Shown in pieces: positions 45,632-60,000 of a DNA stretch of 64,000 bases. Position 1 is the first letter of the stretch; each line of letters starts with the position of its first letter. Origin of the DNA: Octopus vulgaris (lineage: Eukaryota); NCBI GenBank assembly GCA_951406725.2, contig OX597826.1:26040001-26104000 (forward strand), read 5' to 3'. The notes beneath the pieces were generated by a model that was given only the letters and a program-made list of their open reading frames with translations, did not search any database and was not told the origin of the DNA. A program made the translations under genes and the position numbers.

Positions 45632-45715
45632 TATGTATTCGAATGGGACTTTTAAACAAAGAATTGCAGTTGACATTAAGAATCGGTTCTAACGTGATGC
45701 TGAGGCAAACTTTCG
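45632..45715 (+). CDS. Gene A exon 3
   Basis: Acceptor tttcctttttcag, donor gtgagt; 84 nt, phase 1-1; LCIRMGLLNKELQLTLRIGSNVMLRQTF. Confidence 0.87.
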
Positions 45716-45749
45716 GTGAGTATCTTGTATTATTAACACATGTGATATA

Positions 45750-45844
<95 letters not shown>

Positions 45845-46600
45845 CTCTCCCCTTTTCTCCCCCCCCTTTTTAAAAATCCTCCCCTTTTTTTTGTCCTCTT
45901 TCTTTCCTTTTACGATCCCTTTTGATCGAAAACCAACCCCCTTTTTTTTACCACCAAAAGAAAAGCTCTACCTTGTAATTTGTTCTGTCTGTGTGCAGCC
46001 CTGTGTGGCTAATAAAGAAACATATCTATGCATACATATATACATGCATACATACATACATATATACATGTATACATGCATGCATACCTACATACATACA
46101 TATGCATATACACTGACTCAAACAAATGCATACAAATCTATATACACTTTTTCATATGTATACATAACCATTTGTGTTCATGTGTGAGTGTGTGAATGAG
46201 TGCGTGCGCATACGCTTGTTTGCATTTTTTAGATCCTGTTTACAAAAAAAATTCTTCGAAACATTTTTTGTGGATACGACGATATGATACTCGAGCGAGC
46301 ACCATCGATTGGTAATTCTCGTTATTGCTTGTGTGCTTATGTACTAATGTCTTCAGTTTAACCATTCTTAGTACTTTACACTTCGGAAAATTCGATATAA
46401 GAGAAATAATTAATAGTTTAACGAAAACAGATAATACACATAGAGTATTTACTTTTTCAATCATTGTGTTGCCATATTAACACCATTTTGTCTACGTAAC
46501 GTTTTAGCTACTAGCAAATGACTGATACGTCACGTTGGCAAAAAGACCAGAAAACACAATGCTTAAAAATGCGAATATTCTATGTATTCGCTGTCTTTTT

Positions 46601-46631
<31 letters not shown>

Positions 46632-46977
46632 AATATATAAAAATAAATATTATAGTTCACATAATATTTATACATATTTTATGTGAATTGTAATATAGTC
46701 TAAATTCGTTTTGGTATTTAATTTCATTTATATACTTATATTTGCACATGCGAAACTGATAAGGGAAAAGCAATTTTACGATAAGACTTTGCAGTATTGT
46801 TTTTTATTAAAATACCAGCGTGTTCAGAGCGATACCATTAAATGCAGTTCGCCTGCATACTTTCAGTGTTTCTGATTTTCACTCTCACCCACTCCGTTTG
46901 TTTTTTTATTCTGTTTGACGAAACACATTGTGTTTTATTATGTAAATATAAACATACAGACACAGAAACAGAAACCA

Positions 46978-47060
<83 letters not shown>

Positions 47061-47204
47061 CATATATACTCATACATACATACATAGATATGTATAAATA
47101 TATAAATATATATAGTTGGTTTTACAAAAAAACAAAACAAAAGCCGAAGACGGGTGTGTAAACAACAAACAGATGTATTAGTTTAACGCTCGGGAATTGA
47201 AAAA

Positions 47205-47244
47205 GTCTTTTACGTTTCGAGTCAGCGCTCTTCGTCAGAAAGGA
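47205..47244 (-). ncRNA. Minimal hammerhead motif of a Penelope terminal-repeat family
   Basis: ccttt-CTGACGA-agagcgctgactc-GAAA-cg-TA-aaaga; decayed relatives at ~24730, ~31290, ~35930 and ~41600. Confidence 0.65.
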
Positions 47245-47272
47245 ATGTTGACTCGAAACGTAAAAGACTTTT

Positions 47273-47363
<91 letters not shown>

Positions 47364-47466
47364 GTGTGTGTGTGTGTGTGTCCTTATATATATATACAAG
47401 TGCATAGAATATTAGTGTATAGGACATTTATGATAGTATACATACATACATACATACATACATACA

Positions 47467-47527
<61 letters not shown>

Positions 47528-47555
47528 ATTGATATATATATTCATATTCATGATA

Positions 47556-47594
<39 letters not shown>

Positions 47595-47768
47595 ATATAG
47601 TATATATATATGCGTGTGTAAAATTAGTGTACATTTAGATACAAAAGACCCGACCCTCAACAGGCAGCCCTACACACTAGAAGGTGCAGTCAGAACGACC
47701 AAAACGACATTTAAGAGCATTTTCGGAGGGAATATATATGTACACACACACATATATAAATTATTATG

Positions 47769-47833
<65 letters not shown>

Positions 47834-47862
47834 ACCAAGAAAAAAGCAACAAGAATGGATCG

Positions 47863-47958
47863 GTAGTTTAGTACAATTGTTTCATACTATAAACATTTTA
47901 TCTTAAAGCTGCAAATATTACAGCAAATATAACGTCAAGTATTCATCAGCTAAATCAC
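47863..47958 (-). ncRNA. Type I hammerhead ribozyme with long stem II
   Basis: tttag-CTGATGA-atact...agtat-GAAA-caattg-TA-ctaaa; intact core and stems. Confidence 0.8.
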
Positions 47959-48385
47959 ATATAGGTTTTCCAAACATCTTAGAGAGTGTAAATATCCTTA
48001 TGAAGTTATAGGAGTGAGTTCCATGAATTTGAAGTAAGATTCCAAGCAGACTATATATGTGTTCCAACAATAGAAAGTTTTTAAATTGATTATCAAAATC
48101 CCAGAGAAGATAAATCTACTCATAAAGATGTGGATATAAGTTCCAAGAGACATAAGGAAAGATGCTGGTCATACCACGGTTAAGTTCGCATCTAACTGTT
48201 GCAGACAAAATTCTATAGTAGCAAGAAAGACAGCGGGGTAGGTTTAGCTAAAGCAAAGGACAATACTCACCCCACATAATTTTATAGTTAATACCATAAA
48301 GAATTCTGGTGCATCTAAGTTAAGTACCATATTCATTTGAATTCATTTGAATCTTAATTGTTTTGCTGAAATTATATATTTATGT

Positions 48386-48438
<53 letters not shown>

Positions 48439-48504
48439 TACACCCGTATATACTCACACACGTATTACATAGTTTTTCTGTTATTACTCTTTTCATATTT
48501 GCAG

Positions 48505-48848
48505 GTGCAACTCTTAAAAAAACATTCTATTTCAATTATGGAATTGCTTCAGTCGCAATAACAATAGATATCGAAACTTTAAGCCCCCATGGCTTTAAAG
48601 CTTGCTTCCGTATAAAATATACAGTTCTACTTTTTCATGCCTCACTTGACCTCGGTTGTATCAATCATCATTTTGGTGACGACGACATTAGCCTTCTGAA
48701 CAGTTATGCAGATTGGAATATAAATGATAAAGTTTCTTTTGAGACACTAGTGTTTGAAGCTGACAAGCCTAAGAGACTGGAATACCTTGGCAATATAAAC
48801 GGAAACGAAAATTCTCTGATTTGGCCCAAAGACGCCGAGAAGCAGTGA
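48505..48848 (+). CDS. Gene A exon 4 (last coding exon), secreted 6-Cys DUF4773-like protein
   Basis: Acceptor ttttcatatttgcag; GATLKKTFYFNYGIASVAITIDIETLSPHGFKACFRIKYTVLLFHASLDLGCINHHFGDDD...KDAEKQ*; AATAAA at 48942 and 49036, followed by a GT-rich tract. Confidence 0.88.
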
Positions 48849-49127
48849 GTGAATTGAAATATAGTAGTTTCGTTCGTTTGTATAAGGCTCTATACCAATA
48901 ACAAAATAATAGTAAATTCCATATATAAATAGTAAAATGATAATAAAATACTTATAGTGATACATATAAAGAAAACAAAAACGATATGAATTTAGGGAAT
49001 AATGCATGTGACTTTATGGAAACCAATTTGTCTTTAATAAATAGTTCATTACTGTATGTTTTCTCGTGTTGTATATTTGATTTTTATTTCATTCTACAAT
49101 TTGTTTTCTATTCTACACAATAAAGGG

Positions 49128-49214
<87 letters not shown>

Positions 49215-49902
49215 TAACAATGACATTGTATTACACAGGTGTGAGTGTGTGATAAGAAACTTGCTTCCCAATCACATGCTTCCAGGTTCAATCCCGCTAC
49301 GTGCCACTGTGGGCAAGTTTCTTCTATTATAGCCTCATGCCGACCAAAGCGTTCTGAGAGGATTTAATAGACGGAAACTGAAAGCAAGCCCGAGTTATAT
49401 ATACGTGTATGTGTGTTTAAGTCTGTGTCTGTCTCCCATTACCGCTTGGTACCGATGTTGATGTGTTTTCGTCTCCGTAACCTAGTGGTTCGGCAAAAGA
49501 CACTGGTAGAATAAGTACCAGGCTTTAAAAACAAGTCCCAGGGCTTATTTATTCCACAAATATTGTTCAAGGCGACGCCCAGGCATGGCCGTTGTCCAAT
49601 GAGTAAATCAAGTAAAAGATAAAAAATACTTGGTCGGAACGGACTTAAATATATTGTGAGTAAAACAGAATATCAAAGTAAGAGGAGTATTATAGAGGTG
49701 TTCATTTATAATAATGTAATGCTTGCGCATTATTTTTGCTCAGCGCATATGTTTTCAATTTAATCTTTAGTGCATCTCGAAAATTATCATAGAAATAATT
49801 GCCATAAAGAAAAGAAAGTGTCGTAATTGTCTACGAAGAGGCTGAGTGCATAACATACACTGAAAATATATATATTTTTTGCTTACTTTGATGCGAAATG
49901 TA

Positions 49903-50122
49903 TAAGGAGTTGCAGAAAAAATCATGACTTTGGATAAAAGAAAATAAAGGCGGATCAGTTAGTTATGATTTTATTCAACATATTCCCCTCTCAGATTTAT
50001 ACACTTACTGCAGCGGTCCTTCAGATTTTCAAAGCTCTGTAAAAGAACTCAGATGGTTGTACTTCCTACCAGGTATTTCGCTACACCCGTAAAGCCAGGA
50101 ACTTTTCAGCACCCCACTCGTA
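49903..50122. mobile_element. Mariner-derived MITE (old)
   Basis: Right end AAAGCCAGGAACTTTTCAGCACCCCACTCGTA with a degenerate inverted counterpart at ~49905-49932. Confidence 0.5.
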
Positions 50123-50338
50123 CATGTATTTTGTTCTTCTATATACCCAGATATAATCGATGCACAAATCATGTAGTGACAAGAGTAGTTAATCAAATTG
50201 TTCGATAAATTAGAGAAGTGGACTTGGGTGGAAAAACAAATGAAGACTAGTCGGATTTTAATAAACGTGTCGTATTGTTTGATGAATTTGAAACTTGTAT
50301 GACAAGGACAGATTCTTCAGTATGACATAAAGCTATAT

Positions 50339-50578
50339 ATCCTATTTATTTCTTTACTACCCAAAAGGGGTTAAACACAGAGGAGACAAACAAGGACAGA
50401 CAAACGGATTAAGTCGATTACATCTACCCCAGTGCGTAACTGGTACATAATTTATCGACCCCGAAAGGATGAAAGGCAAAGTCGACCTCGGCGTAATTTG
50501 AACTTAGAACGTAACGGCAGACGAACTACGGCTACGCATTTTGCCCGGCGTGCTAACGTTTCTGCCACCTCGCCACCT
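50339..50578 (-). mobile_element. Family 3 SINE with TSD
   Basis: Flanked by the direct repeat TAAAGCTATAT (50328-50338 and 50579-50589). Confidence 0.88.
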
Positions 50579-50714
50579 TAAAGCTATATTACCTATTGAG
50601 AGTCTGGTGTCTGCTCCTTTCTCTTGTGCAACCAATCTTCTTTCAGATACCTTCCTCAAGAATCCCTAAACTTATTAGATTGAGTGATTAGTTATGTTAC
50701 TCTTTCCAGACACT

Positions 50715-51200
50715 TGGTTTCAGTTTTCTTATCTCAAAATTCGTTACGGGATTTGCATGCGTGAGAAGATGGAATCTCCTGAATTTATACAACTGGCTTA
50801 CAAGAGGATATAAGTTGTTGATTCAATTGCAGCAAAGCAAATGCATGAGGAACAGCCATAAGTAGAAAAATTCAGGATAGGTTTTCAATGGTTTCTTAAT
50901 ACGTTTCCGAAAACACTAATTGAAAATTTAGAACAGAAAAAATATCAACATGGAAAACAAAATGCTTTGAAATATTTTCCCAGACGTTCAGCGTTCAAAT
51001 TTGGTAGAGATCAGCTTTACCATTCCTCCCTCTGGGGGTCGGTAAAGTTTTCTATTTGTGAAGTATTGGTATAGATGGTACCGTTTAACTTCCTTCCGTC
51101 AAAATTATTAGCCTTGTGTCTAAATTAAAAAGCGTTGTTGTTGTTGTTGGTGGTGGTGGTGATGTTGGCGGTGTTGTTGTTATTGCAGTCGTAGCATCAC
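50715..51200 (-). pseudogene. Orphan promoter relic E (duplicate of the pseudogene D upstream region)
   Basis: ~50768-51200 nearly identical to ~16687-17115; 5'UTR partly deleted and no exon 1. Confidence 0.8.
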
Positions 51201-51943
51201 CATAATCCAGTTCATCATCGTCGTCATAATCATCATCATAATCCTCATTCTCCTCCTTCTTGTGTATGTGATATATATATATATATACTGCGAAGTCCAG
51301 GCTATCGCAGTATCTTGTCCTACACCTTGATGGCAAATTTGGAGTTCTTGGCACTATGCAGTGGCGCCCAGTTCTAGTATTTGTGTAACTCTCGATATCC
51401 TTTAAGTATTATTTCGTGATGTGTAAACTGATACCATGAGTTTACAATAAGATATACTCATTAGGTTATTTTTGTATTATCTGTAATAGAATACCTGGAT
51501 ATCGATTAATTCCCCAAAATTTAATATTAACTTTTATCAGACACTTTGTATATATTTATAGATAAATATATAAATATGCGATAAATAAGACGCCAAAGTA
51601 CGATATGTATATGCATATAACGCTAAGGGGTTGCACCTGATTGATTTGGAAATTTGTTTTCCCAAATTATTTATGTATATATATTTATATATAGACGATG
51701 CTTCAGCATGGCTGCAGTCAAATAACTGACACAAGTAAAAGTTTATATATATATATATATGTAGGAAAAATTGTAAAAATGCAGAATGCTAGATTGAAAG
51801 AAAATTTTAATGAAATGAGAAATTGAAAAAATATATAAATATATATTTATTCAAACCGGTTTTCGTCATCGGTTTTCCTTGCTTATCATTTCCTTGCTTA
51901 TCATTTCTCCACGTGCGGTCAACACAACCCCACCATTTATTGA

Positions 51944-52028
<85 letters not shown>

Positions 52029-52501
52029 GTGTGTGTGTGTGCATGTGCATGTTGGTGCTGGCATGGCTGTGTGGTAAGAAGCTGGCTTCCCAACAACATG
52101 GTTCTGGGTTCAGTCCCACTGCGTAACTTCTTAGTCAAGTGTCTTCTACTATAGCCTCAGGAGGAACAAAGAATTGTGAGTTTACTTGATAGACGGAAAG
52201 AAGCCCCGTCGTATATATGTATGTATATATTTATGTGTGTGTCTGTGTGTCTTTGTGTCTGCTTTTGTCCTCCATCACTACTTCGCGACCGGTGTTGGTA
52301 TATTTATGTCCCTTTCAATTAGGGGTTCAACAAAAGAGATCGATAGAACAAGTACTAAGCTTTATAAAAATATGTCCTGGTATTGACTAAACTCCTCAAG
52401 CAGTGCTCCAGCATGGCCACCTTCAAATGATTGAAACCAGTATAAAAATAAAAGAATATACATCTATCTCTCTCTCTCTCTACACACATAAATATAAGGA
52501 A

Positions 52502-52580
<79 letters not shown>

Positions 52581-52922
52581 ATCAATATATATATATATAT
52601 ATATATATATAACCATAGATAATATGGTGAATCAGGTCAGTTAAAACTACCCTACTACTAAAATGTAAGCTTTTTTGAACTTATAATTTCCTGTGTATAT
52701 ATATACAGACAAAATACCAATATTCCACTGAACTTTTTAATAATTCGTTCTGGAAACTGTCTTTAACATTTTCTTAAGAATGTATATATATATATTGTTA
52801 TATTTTGTGACAACCAGTACCAAACAGAACCAAGCTTTTACATGTTACTTTTGACAATCTTTTCTAAAAAAGTGAAACCAGTCAAGAAAATAAACAACTT
52901 TTGAAATTGCATTTTCAAACAT

Positions 52923-52985
<63 letters not shown>

Positions 52986-52987
52986 TG

Positions 52988-53046
<59 letters not shown>

Positions 53047-53463
53047 TCTTACTCTTTTACTTGCTCCAGTCATTTGACTGTGGTCATGCTGGAGCACCAC
53101 CTTTTTAATCGAGCAAATCGACCCCAGGACTTATTCTTTGGAAGCCTAGTACTTATTCTATTGGTCTCTTTTGCCGTAAACACACCAGCATCGGTTGTCA
53201 TGCGATGTTTGAGGGACCAACACAGACACAAAAAACATATACACAAACATATATATATATACATATATACGACGGGGTTCTTTCAGTTTCTGTCTACCAA
53301 ATCCACTCACAAGGCTTTGGTCGGCCCGAGGCTATAGTAGAAGACACTTGCCCAAGGTGCAACGCAGTGGGACTGAACCCGGGACCATGTCGTTCGTAAG
53401 CAAGCTACTTACCACACAGCCACTCCTACGTCTATATATACATACATACATATATATATATAT

Positions 53464-53518
<55 letters not shown>

Positions 53519-53519
53519 T

Positions 53520-53582
<63 letters not shown>

Positions 53583-53624
53583 TCAATAAATGGTGGGGTT
53601 GTGTTGACCGCACGTGGAGAAATG

Positions 53625-56514
53625 ATAAGCAAGGAAAAATTGTAAAAATGCAGAATGCTCGATTGAAAGAAAATTTTAATGAATTGAGAAAATGAAAAAA
53701 TATATAAATATATATCTATTCGAAAAAATATATAAATATATATCTATTCAAACCGGTTTTCGTCATAGTTTGACTTATCAAGAATAGTTAGGTGAAAAGG
53801 TTTTTTAAAAATGAGAAAGGGGAAAAAAAGTTGCATTGTTTTTTGCAAAAGAATAATAGTAGTAAATATGTATAAAAATTTAAAAATAAGTACTCCGATA
53901 CATTGTGAGTTCGTTGTGTATCTAGAGTTTAATGATTGTTCATGAAAAAATTACCTTGAGGTATTAGGATCCAATGGGATTAAGGCCATGTGTTGTTTGG
54001 TTTAATTTAGGATGTTGGCAAAACAGGATGTAGTAGTAATTGTGGTTCTTCAGTTCCTGTGTTGTGAATAAGGGGAGACAACTTTTTTGAGTTCTTCAAT
54101 AAAAGCTGCTGATAAACCCCAAATTATAAAATTGTCATTTTAGCTTCATTTGCATTATCTTTTTTATATAATTGTTTGTTAATTTAACTTTCAGATTTTA
54201 ACACTTTATTTATATTATTTTCTAATTATATAAATTTGCATAGACAATTGCATTTCAGATTGTTATATCATAAATAATAAAGATGATGGTAATAACAACA
54301 ATAGTAAAAATGATATTTAAAGAGTATAAGTTTTTGCTTGAAGTGATGAATCTATGGTATCCTTATATATTTGTGTGAGTCCATCCATGAAGAATGAGGT
54401 AGAAAAGGGAAGTTTGATCAACGAGGAGTTTGTATATTAAGTTGTGTTTGGAATTTTTCAATAAAGAGATTCTCCTTGTTAATTCTCTCCTGTGTGGTGA
54501 TGCCGTCTTTACATTGGTAGAAGGGGAATATATAGAATTTGGGGTTTAAGTATTTAGCGCATGAGTCTATGTGGCCATCGTGGCTGGCACCTCCTGTGAA
54601 ACACACCGCCTAAGTAATTTCCTAGACATCCTTTTGAAACCTTTCCTTACCCACATCAAAATTTTCATTAGGGATGATCTGGACATGCTCAAACACCTCC
54701 CGAAAACAGTTAACGAGGAGGCGCTCCTGGTATCTTTTGATGTCATCAACCTCTACACCAACATCCCACATGAATATGGTATAGAGGCAATTGACTTCTG
54801 GCTAGAAAAACACCCAGAGACATTCCCTGACCGCATTAACAAAACTTTTATTACAGAATCTCTCAAGTTCATTCTGACCAACAATTTTTTTTCTCCTCGA
54901 CGACACACACTACCGTCAAAAATGTGGTATTGCGATGGGTACCAAGGCTGCACCAGTCCTTGCGAACCTCATAATGGGTTTCTTCGAACTATCACTCTAT
55001 GAAATATCACGCCAGAAATTTGGACATGTTTTCCACACCTACCTAAAGGAAAACCGGAAAAGGTATTTGGATGATTGTTTCATCATATGGAAAGAACCTT
55101 ATGAAAAACTCCTGGAATTCAAAACCATACTAAACAACATACATCCCAACATCCAATTCACTATGGAATTAAGCAAACATCATCTACCATTTCTTGATCT
55201 CCTAATTATAAAAACACCTAAGAACCAAATCATAACAGACATCTACCACAAACCCACAGACTCACAACAATACCTCCTCTTTAGTTCATGCCACTCAAAA
55301 CACACCAAGACAAATATCCCTTTCAATTTGGCTAAAAGGGTATGCACCATTGTCTCGGATCCAAAAACACGAGAAATACGCCTCCAAGACCTCAAAAAAA
55401 CACTATTACAACGCCAATATCCCTCCACCCTTATAGAGTATGGAATAAAACGCGCCAAAGAACTAGATAACATTACACTGAAAACTACCCAACCTAACAC
55501 CACACACAACCTCAAAATACTTCCATACATTTCCACCCACAACCCCAAAAATATCGAAGCATACACCACAATCATACAAAACCTCAGTCTACTGTCAATA
55601 GATCCCAAAATGAAAAACATTATAACTACACACAAAATCCTCAAATGTAAAAGGCAACACAAATCTTTAAAAAAACACAGGAGAGAATTAACAAGGAGAA
55701 TCTCTTTATTGAAAAATTCCAAACACAACTTAATATACAAACTCCTCGTTGATCAAACTTCCCTTTTCTACCTCATTCTTCATGGATGGACTCACACAAA
55801 TATATAAGGATACCATAGATTCATCACTTCAAGCAAAAACTTATACTCTTTAAATATCATTTTTACTATTGTTGTTATTACCATCATCTTTATTATTTAT
55901 GATATAACAATCTGAAATGCAATTGTCTATGCAAATTTATATAATTAGAAAATAATATAAATAAAGTGTTAAAATCTGAAAGTTAAATTAACAAACAATT
56001 ATATAAAAAAGATAATGCAAATGAAGCTGAAATGACAATTTTATAATTTGGGGTTTATCAGCAGCTTTTATTGAAGAACTCAATAGAGTTGTCTCCCCTT
56101 ATTCACAACACAGGAACTGAAGAACCACAATTACTACTACATCCTGTTTTGCCAACATCCTAAATTAAACCAAACAACACATGGCCTTAATCCCATTGGA
56201 TCCTAATACCTCAAGGTAATTTTTTCATGAACAATCATTAAACTCAAGATACACAACGAACTCACAATGTATCGGAGTACTTATTTTTAAATTTTTATAC
56301 ATATTTACTACTATTATTCTTTTGCAAAAAACAATGCAACTTTTTTTCCCCTTTCTCATTTTTGAAAAACCTTTTCACCTAACTAGTCTTGATAAGTCAA
56401 ACTATGACAAAAACCGGTTTGAATAGATATATATTTATATATTTTTTCATTTTCTCAATTCATTAAAATTTTCTTTCAATCGAGCATTCTGCATTTTTAC
56501 AATTTTTCCTTGCT

Positions 56515-56517
<3 letters not shown>
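53625..56517 (+). mobile_element. Penelope-like element with ~850-bp inverted terminal arms
   Basis: 53625-54495 is the reverse complement of 55675-56517; RT inside (PIVAG, LVSFDVINLYTNIP, AMGTKAAP, RYLDDCF, PFLDL) with a frameshift at ~54890; most of the endonuclease deleted; decayed hammerhead motif in each arm (53744-53787, ~56383-56427). Confidence 0.9.
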
Positions 56518-56570
<53 letters not shown>

Positions 56571-56589
56571 TACATATCTATATATGTAA

Positions 56590-57086
56590 GGTATACTAGG
56601 CATCTCAATATAGCTAACCACTAAGGGTGGGTGTTACTGTTGCTTGTAGCCCCAGGAGATCCTCGTTTCCAGCTGGCTTTAGGCACCCTCTGTGCACTTA
56701 TGGTACTTGCAAAGGGAGGTCATCCCTCTCTCGTCAACCTAAGTGATACGCACGGACTGCAGTTTCTATGTATTTGCCTGTCTTCAGCGTACGGCAATCA
56801 CCGGTTTTCGATGAAGGGGGACCGTATACTATAAGGGCACAGAAAGTGTGCCTAAAGCCAGCTGGAGACGATGATCTCCTGGGGCTACAAGCAACAGTAA
56901 CACCCACCCTTAGTGGTTAGCCATATTGAGATGGCTAGTATACCTTACATTGTCGTGCAGTTACTGTCTACATCTCGTTCAGGGATTTATTATTGCTTGC
57001 AGACAGTTTTTCGAAATCAGTGACGAAAAGTTACTGGAAAAACTATATATAAAGATTTGCAAACGGTCTCCCTTCATCGAAAACCG
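56590..57086. repeat. Hammerhead-bearing repeat: inverted copy plus forward partial copy
   Basis: 56590-56825 (-) and 56828-57086 (+) match 62659-62930; diverged relative at ~38195-38390. Confidence 0.8.
56750..56792 (-). ncRNA. Type I hammerhead motif, GUC site
   Basis: gtacg-CTGAAGA-caggcaaatacata-GAAA-ctgcag-TC-cgtgc; stem II damaged here but intact (tagg/ccta) in the sister copy at 62679-62721. Confidence 0.7.
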
Positions 57087-60000
57087 CTGTTTTGACTCGT
57101 CTAGGGAACCCTCTTTCATCTGCGTATTGAGAAGTTAGCTGCCTATTTTGTTGAGTGAGTTCGTTTTTCGTTCGTCGTTGTTTGTGTTTGCTCGTCAATT
57201 GAACAGTTGTCCGTTGTGTGACAGTAATTTTCGCCCTACGGGGCTGAAAATTCTGTGTATAAACATTGTTATTACCTTCGGGGTAATTTTTTTTTCTTTT
57301 TTCTGAAAAATTGGTTCTCATAATTTGAGAAATGGAGTTCGACTTGGCGTCGAGGAGCGACTTTCCCGTGATGGGAAAAGGCGAACAGAAGGATATCGAG
57401 GTTAGAAAACAGTCTTTTTCGGCCGCAGTGGGCGGAACCGTAACGGAAGTGGCATTCAAAATGAAACAGTTGTTCGAATACCGGAACTTGGTCAAAAAGG
57501 AAAGCAACGAAATAAAACTGGTACCGCCACAAGCGATATTACAGGAAATAAAGGCCAAGTCAGTCATGTACAAGGTTTACAGTAACAAAGAAAAAAATAA
57601 TGGACGTGAAGAACGAAATAGTAGAGAAGTGCTTGTCCCCGGTGTGGAGCAAAATTCGCTACGTCGGTCGAGGTGCTCGCAGCGCTACCGTTGAAGCACA
57701 TTTCAACTCGGCTGATGTGGCAAGAGAGATTTCATCGATGACCTTAAAAAGTGAGGACATCATGTTACTACCTACCTATATGGGCAAAAGAACTGCGAAA
57801 CTATATGTGGAAGACATACCAAGAGGATATGATATAATGTGGGTAGCAGTGGCGGTTCTGCACGACGTAGAGCAGAAAGTCTCAATTCTGCAGATGAAAA
57901 GGAAAGAGGAGGTAAATTGGAAGGGACAAGCGCTCGAACTCCTCGTTCAAGCAGAAAATAATGTGCTAGAAAACTTACCCGATAGGGTATTTATTGAGGA
58001 GGGAATTTCAATGAGAGTGTCAGTGGAGGGGCGCAGACCTAGGTGTTTCAAATGTGGTGAAAAGGGTCACGTCCGCTCGAACTGCATAAAAAAAAGAAAA
58101 ACAGCGAAGCCCCTCCTCAAAGTGCTTCAAACACAAAAAAGAAAAGGCGGAAAAAGACCCCAAGACTGCGACAAGGAAGGGAATCGAAACGGAAGATAAA
58201 AATGAACAAATGGAATTTACACAGGTGATACACAAAAGAAAAAAAGAAAATACCCTGGACTCCCCTCCCCAAACAAAGAAAAAATCAGCAAACACCGTAG
58301 ATACATACAAAACAAATTCCCCAGCCCTACCCCCACGGCACTGTATTTATTGGAACACAGTTTGCCAAGCCCCTCCCCATAAAACAAGATTGGAAAAAAT
58401 TGATTAAAAAAAATGAAAAGATTGTGGCATTCGACGAGAGGAACGATAGAGTGTTTAAGTATTTTAAATTTTCAAAACTGAAATTATTCAGTAAGTCTGC
58501 AGACACTAAGTCGACCACTCGTTTTGCAAAAATAAAGGAAGACGAGTGGAAGGAAAAAACACTCCAAGAACATTTAAAAAATAACCTTATCAGAGACGTA
58601 ACTAACGAAATACTGGAGGGCAAACTTACTATAACCCCGGCAACCACACCTACCTAGAGCCCGATGGCAACGCCGGTTAAGAGCCCTGCAGCTACGACCA
58701 CAAGGGAGGAAGAAGGGGAAGCATGCAGATTTAAACTGTAATGCTCCCTGTCCCAACCGTAAGTTTATTTTTTTTTCTCTCTCTCCGACAATGGCAAAGC
58801 TGGGTTGTGTGAATGTGCGTGGAATGGGGTCGAAATGGAAACAAATTTGTCTCCTGAACGACCTCACGACACACGGAGTGGACGTAGCTATTGTAACCGA
58901 GTCCAAGATGAACGGGGCCCAAGCGTTCTCGCCTCTTCTAAATGGTTTCGAGAAATTTATTTTTCCTAGCCGAGGAGGAGGAGGGGGCGTGGCAGTCCTT
59001 ATCAGGAAGAGCTTGGACTTGCAGGTAAGTACTGTCTTTCTGGACCCAGAAGGCAGGCTGGTCGTTCTGGATGTGACCCACGTAAGTAAACAGTCCTTCT
59101 GGTTGATAGCTGTCTACGCTCCGAATGAGTGTAGGCAGTCGGGTTTTTTTTCGGAATCTAGAGCACTTTTTAGTGACGTCGAAAACGGTAGTCTTAGTAG
59201 GGGACTTTAACACTGTCCTCGAAGCGCGGGTCGACAGTGTCGGTTCAACCAATAGGAAGGGGAACCCTAGCCTCAAGGGTCTACTAGAGAGCTTTAATCT
59301 AGTAGACCGTTATCGACTGGATGAGCCGAGCGTTCCACAGTGGACGTGGAGTAACAAAGACGGCTCACGCAGATCGTATATAGATAGGATATTCGTTAGG
59401 AAATGAGATAAGGATACGTTTAGTTGTCCACAGTTTCACATTGTGCCTTACACGGATCACAAATTTGTGACTTGTAGGGTGCAATTAGATAAGTGTCATA
59501 GACAGGGACCCGGGTACTGGAAGCTGAACAAGTCTATTTTGAATTGTGAAGACTTCCGTACCCGGATTAAGGTGTTAGTACAGAGGGCATTATGTGGCAC
59601 CATCATTAACAATAGATGGTGGCACCCCCTCAAAAGAGCCATTCGTTCAGAGTCCATTAGATTTAGCAATCAGCTAAGGTTAGATAGGTCTAGGATAGAG
59701 GACGACTTAGTTAAGAATCTAAACGAGGCAATGGAATCTGGCTCTGCATCCAGAGTGATGGCGGCAAGGACGGTAGTGTACCGTCACCTTAACTCCAAAC
59801 ACGAAGGTTGCAGAGTTAGAGCTAAGCTACGCGCAGTGAAACGAGAAGGTATTAACGTTGCCGGATGGGCCCGTCGAGTGGAGAGTCAGAGAGGTAACAA
59901 AGCTTCAATCAAGTCTTTAACTGACGAACAGGGACACAAGATCTATGGACAGGAGGAGATGCAAAAGTTTCTTCACCAGCATTTCGCCCGCGCGTTCGAG

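Noticed and set aside
56590-57086. snRNA gene as the Tx1 target
   Set aside because: No recognisable U1/U2/U4/U5/U6 or 5S sequence; the hammerhead-bearing repeat explains it better
59404-59406. In-frame TGA in LINE ORF2 as recoding
   Set aside because: The element also has frameshifts and a SINE insertion; simple decay is sufficient
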